Shown piece after piece: positions 63,805 to 64,000 of a DNA stretch of 64,000 bases. The translations under genes and the position numbers were made by a program. Numbering within the stretch: position 1 is the first letter of the stretch; the number at the start of each line of letters is the position of its first letter. Source of the stretch: Glaucostegus cemiculus (Eukaryota); assembly GCA_976551045.1 (NCBI GenBank), contig CDPCPM010000044.1:8990001-9054000 (forward strand), written 5' to 3'. The notes beneath the pieces are model-generated. The model was not told the origin of the DNA and made no database searches. It saw nothing but the letters and a program-made list of their open reading frames with translations.

Positions 63805-64000
63805 TGAAGCTGCAAAATGCGGGAATTACTTCCATCCTGAATTATCTGACGGGGAACGAAGAAAACTCAGACCTGGGTGTTTACTCTGTGATATCACCTT
63901 CCAATGGTCCATTCCAGTGTCTGCTCTTCATAGTCTTCTGAGAATGATGTTGGTGTTCCTCCCTGTCACAGGACATGTTTACGTCCTGCCACGCTACCTC

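Overview
Vertebrate genomic DNA. The repeat content (HE1/V-type tRNA-SINEs, HER1/CR1 LINEs, Rex1/Babar, Tx1-like) points to a cartilaginous fish, probably a ray; this is inference. The window is a segmentally duplicated cluster of five 4-exon CXC chemokine genes: one partial copy at the left edge and four complete copies at 25281-27197 (+), 34157-35969 (-), 47602-49434 (+) and 61999-63804 (+). They encode near-identical 101-102 aa non-ELR chemokines (QGR-C-Q-C), with promoters carrying IRF/ISRE, NF-kB, CRE-like and TATA motifs. Gene 3 lies in an inverted block with mappable breakpoints, and gene 4 is a recombinant mosaic. The spacers hold a decayed class III (ERV-L/ERV-S-like) provirus with a tRNA-Ser PBS and an env remnant, two young 5'-truncated Rex1/Babar LINEs, and CR1, RTE, Tx1-like and SINE insertions, several with empty paralogous sites. 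Two unexplained elements recur in the duplicated units. One is a kB/IRF/TATA-headed spliced small ORF of about 48 aa upstream of the chemokines; the other is an unusually conserved GAS/E-box/kB/IRF block. Coordinates were read by eye, no database searches were run, and four N gaps limit certainty about the assembly.
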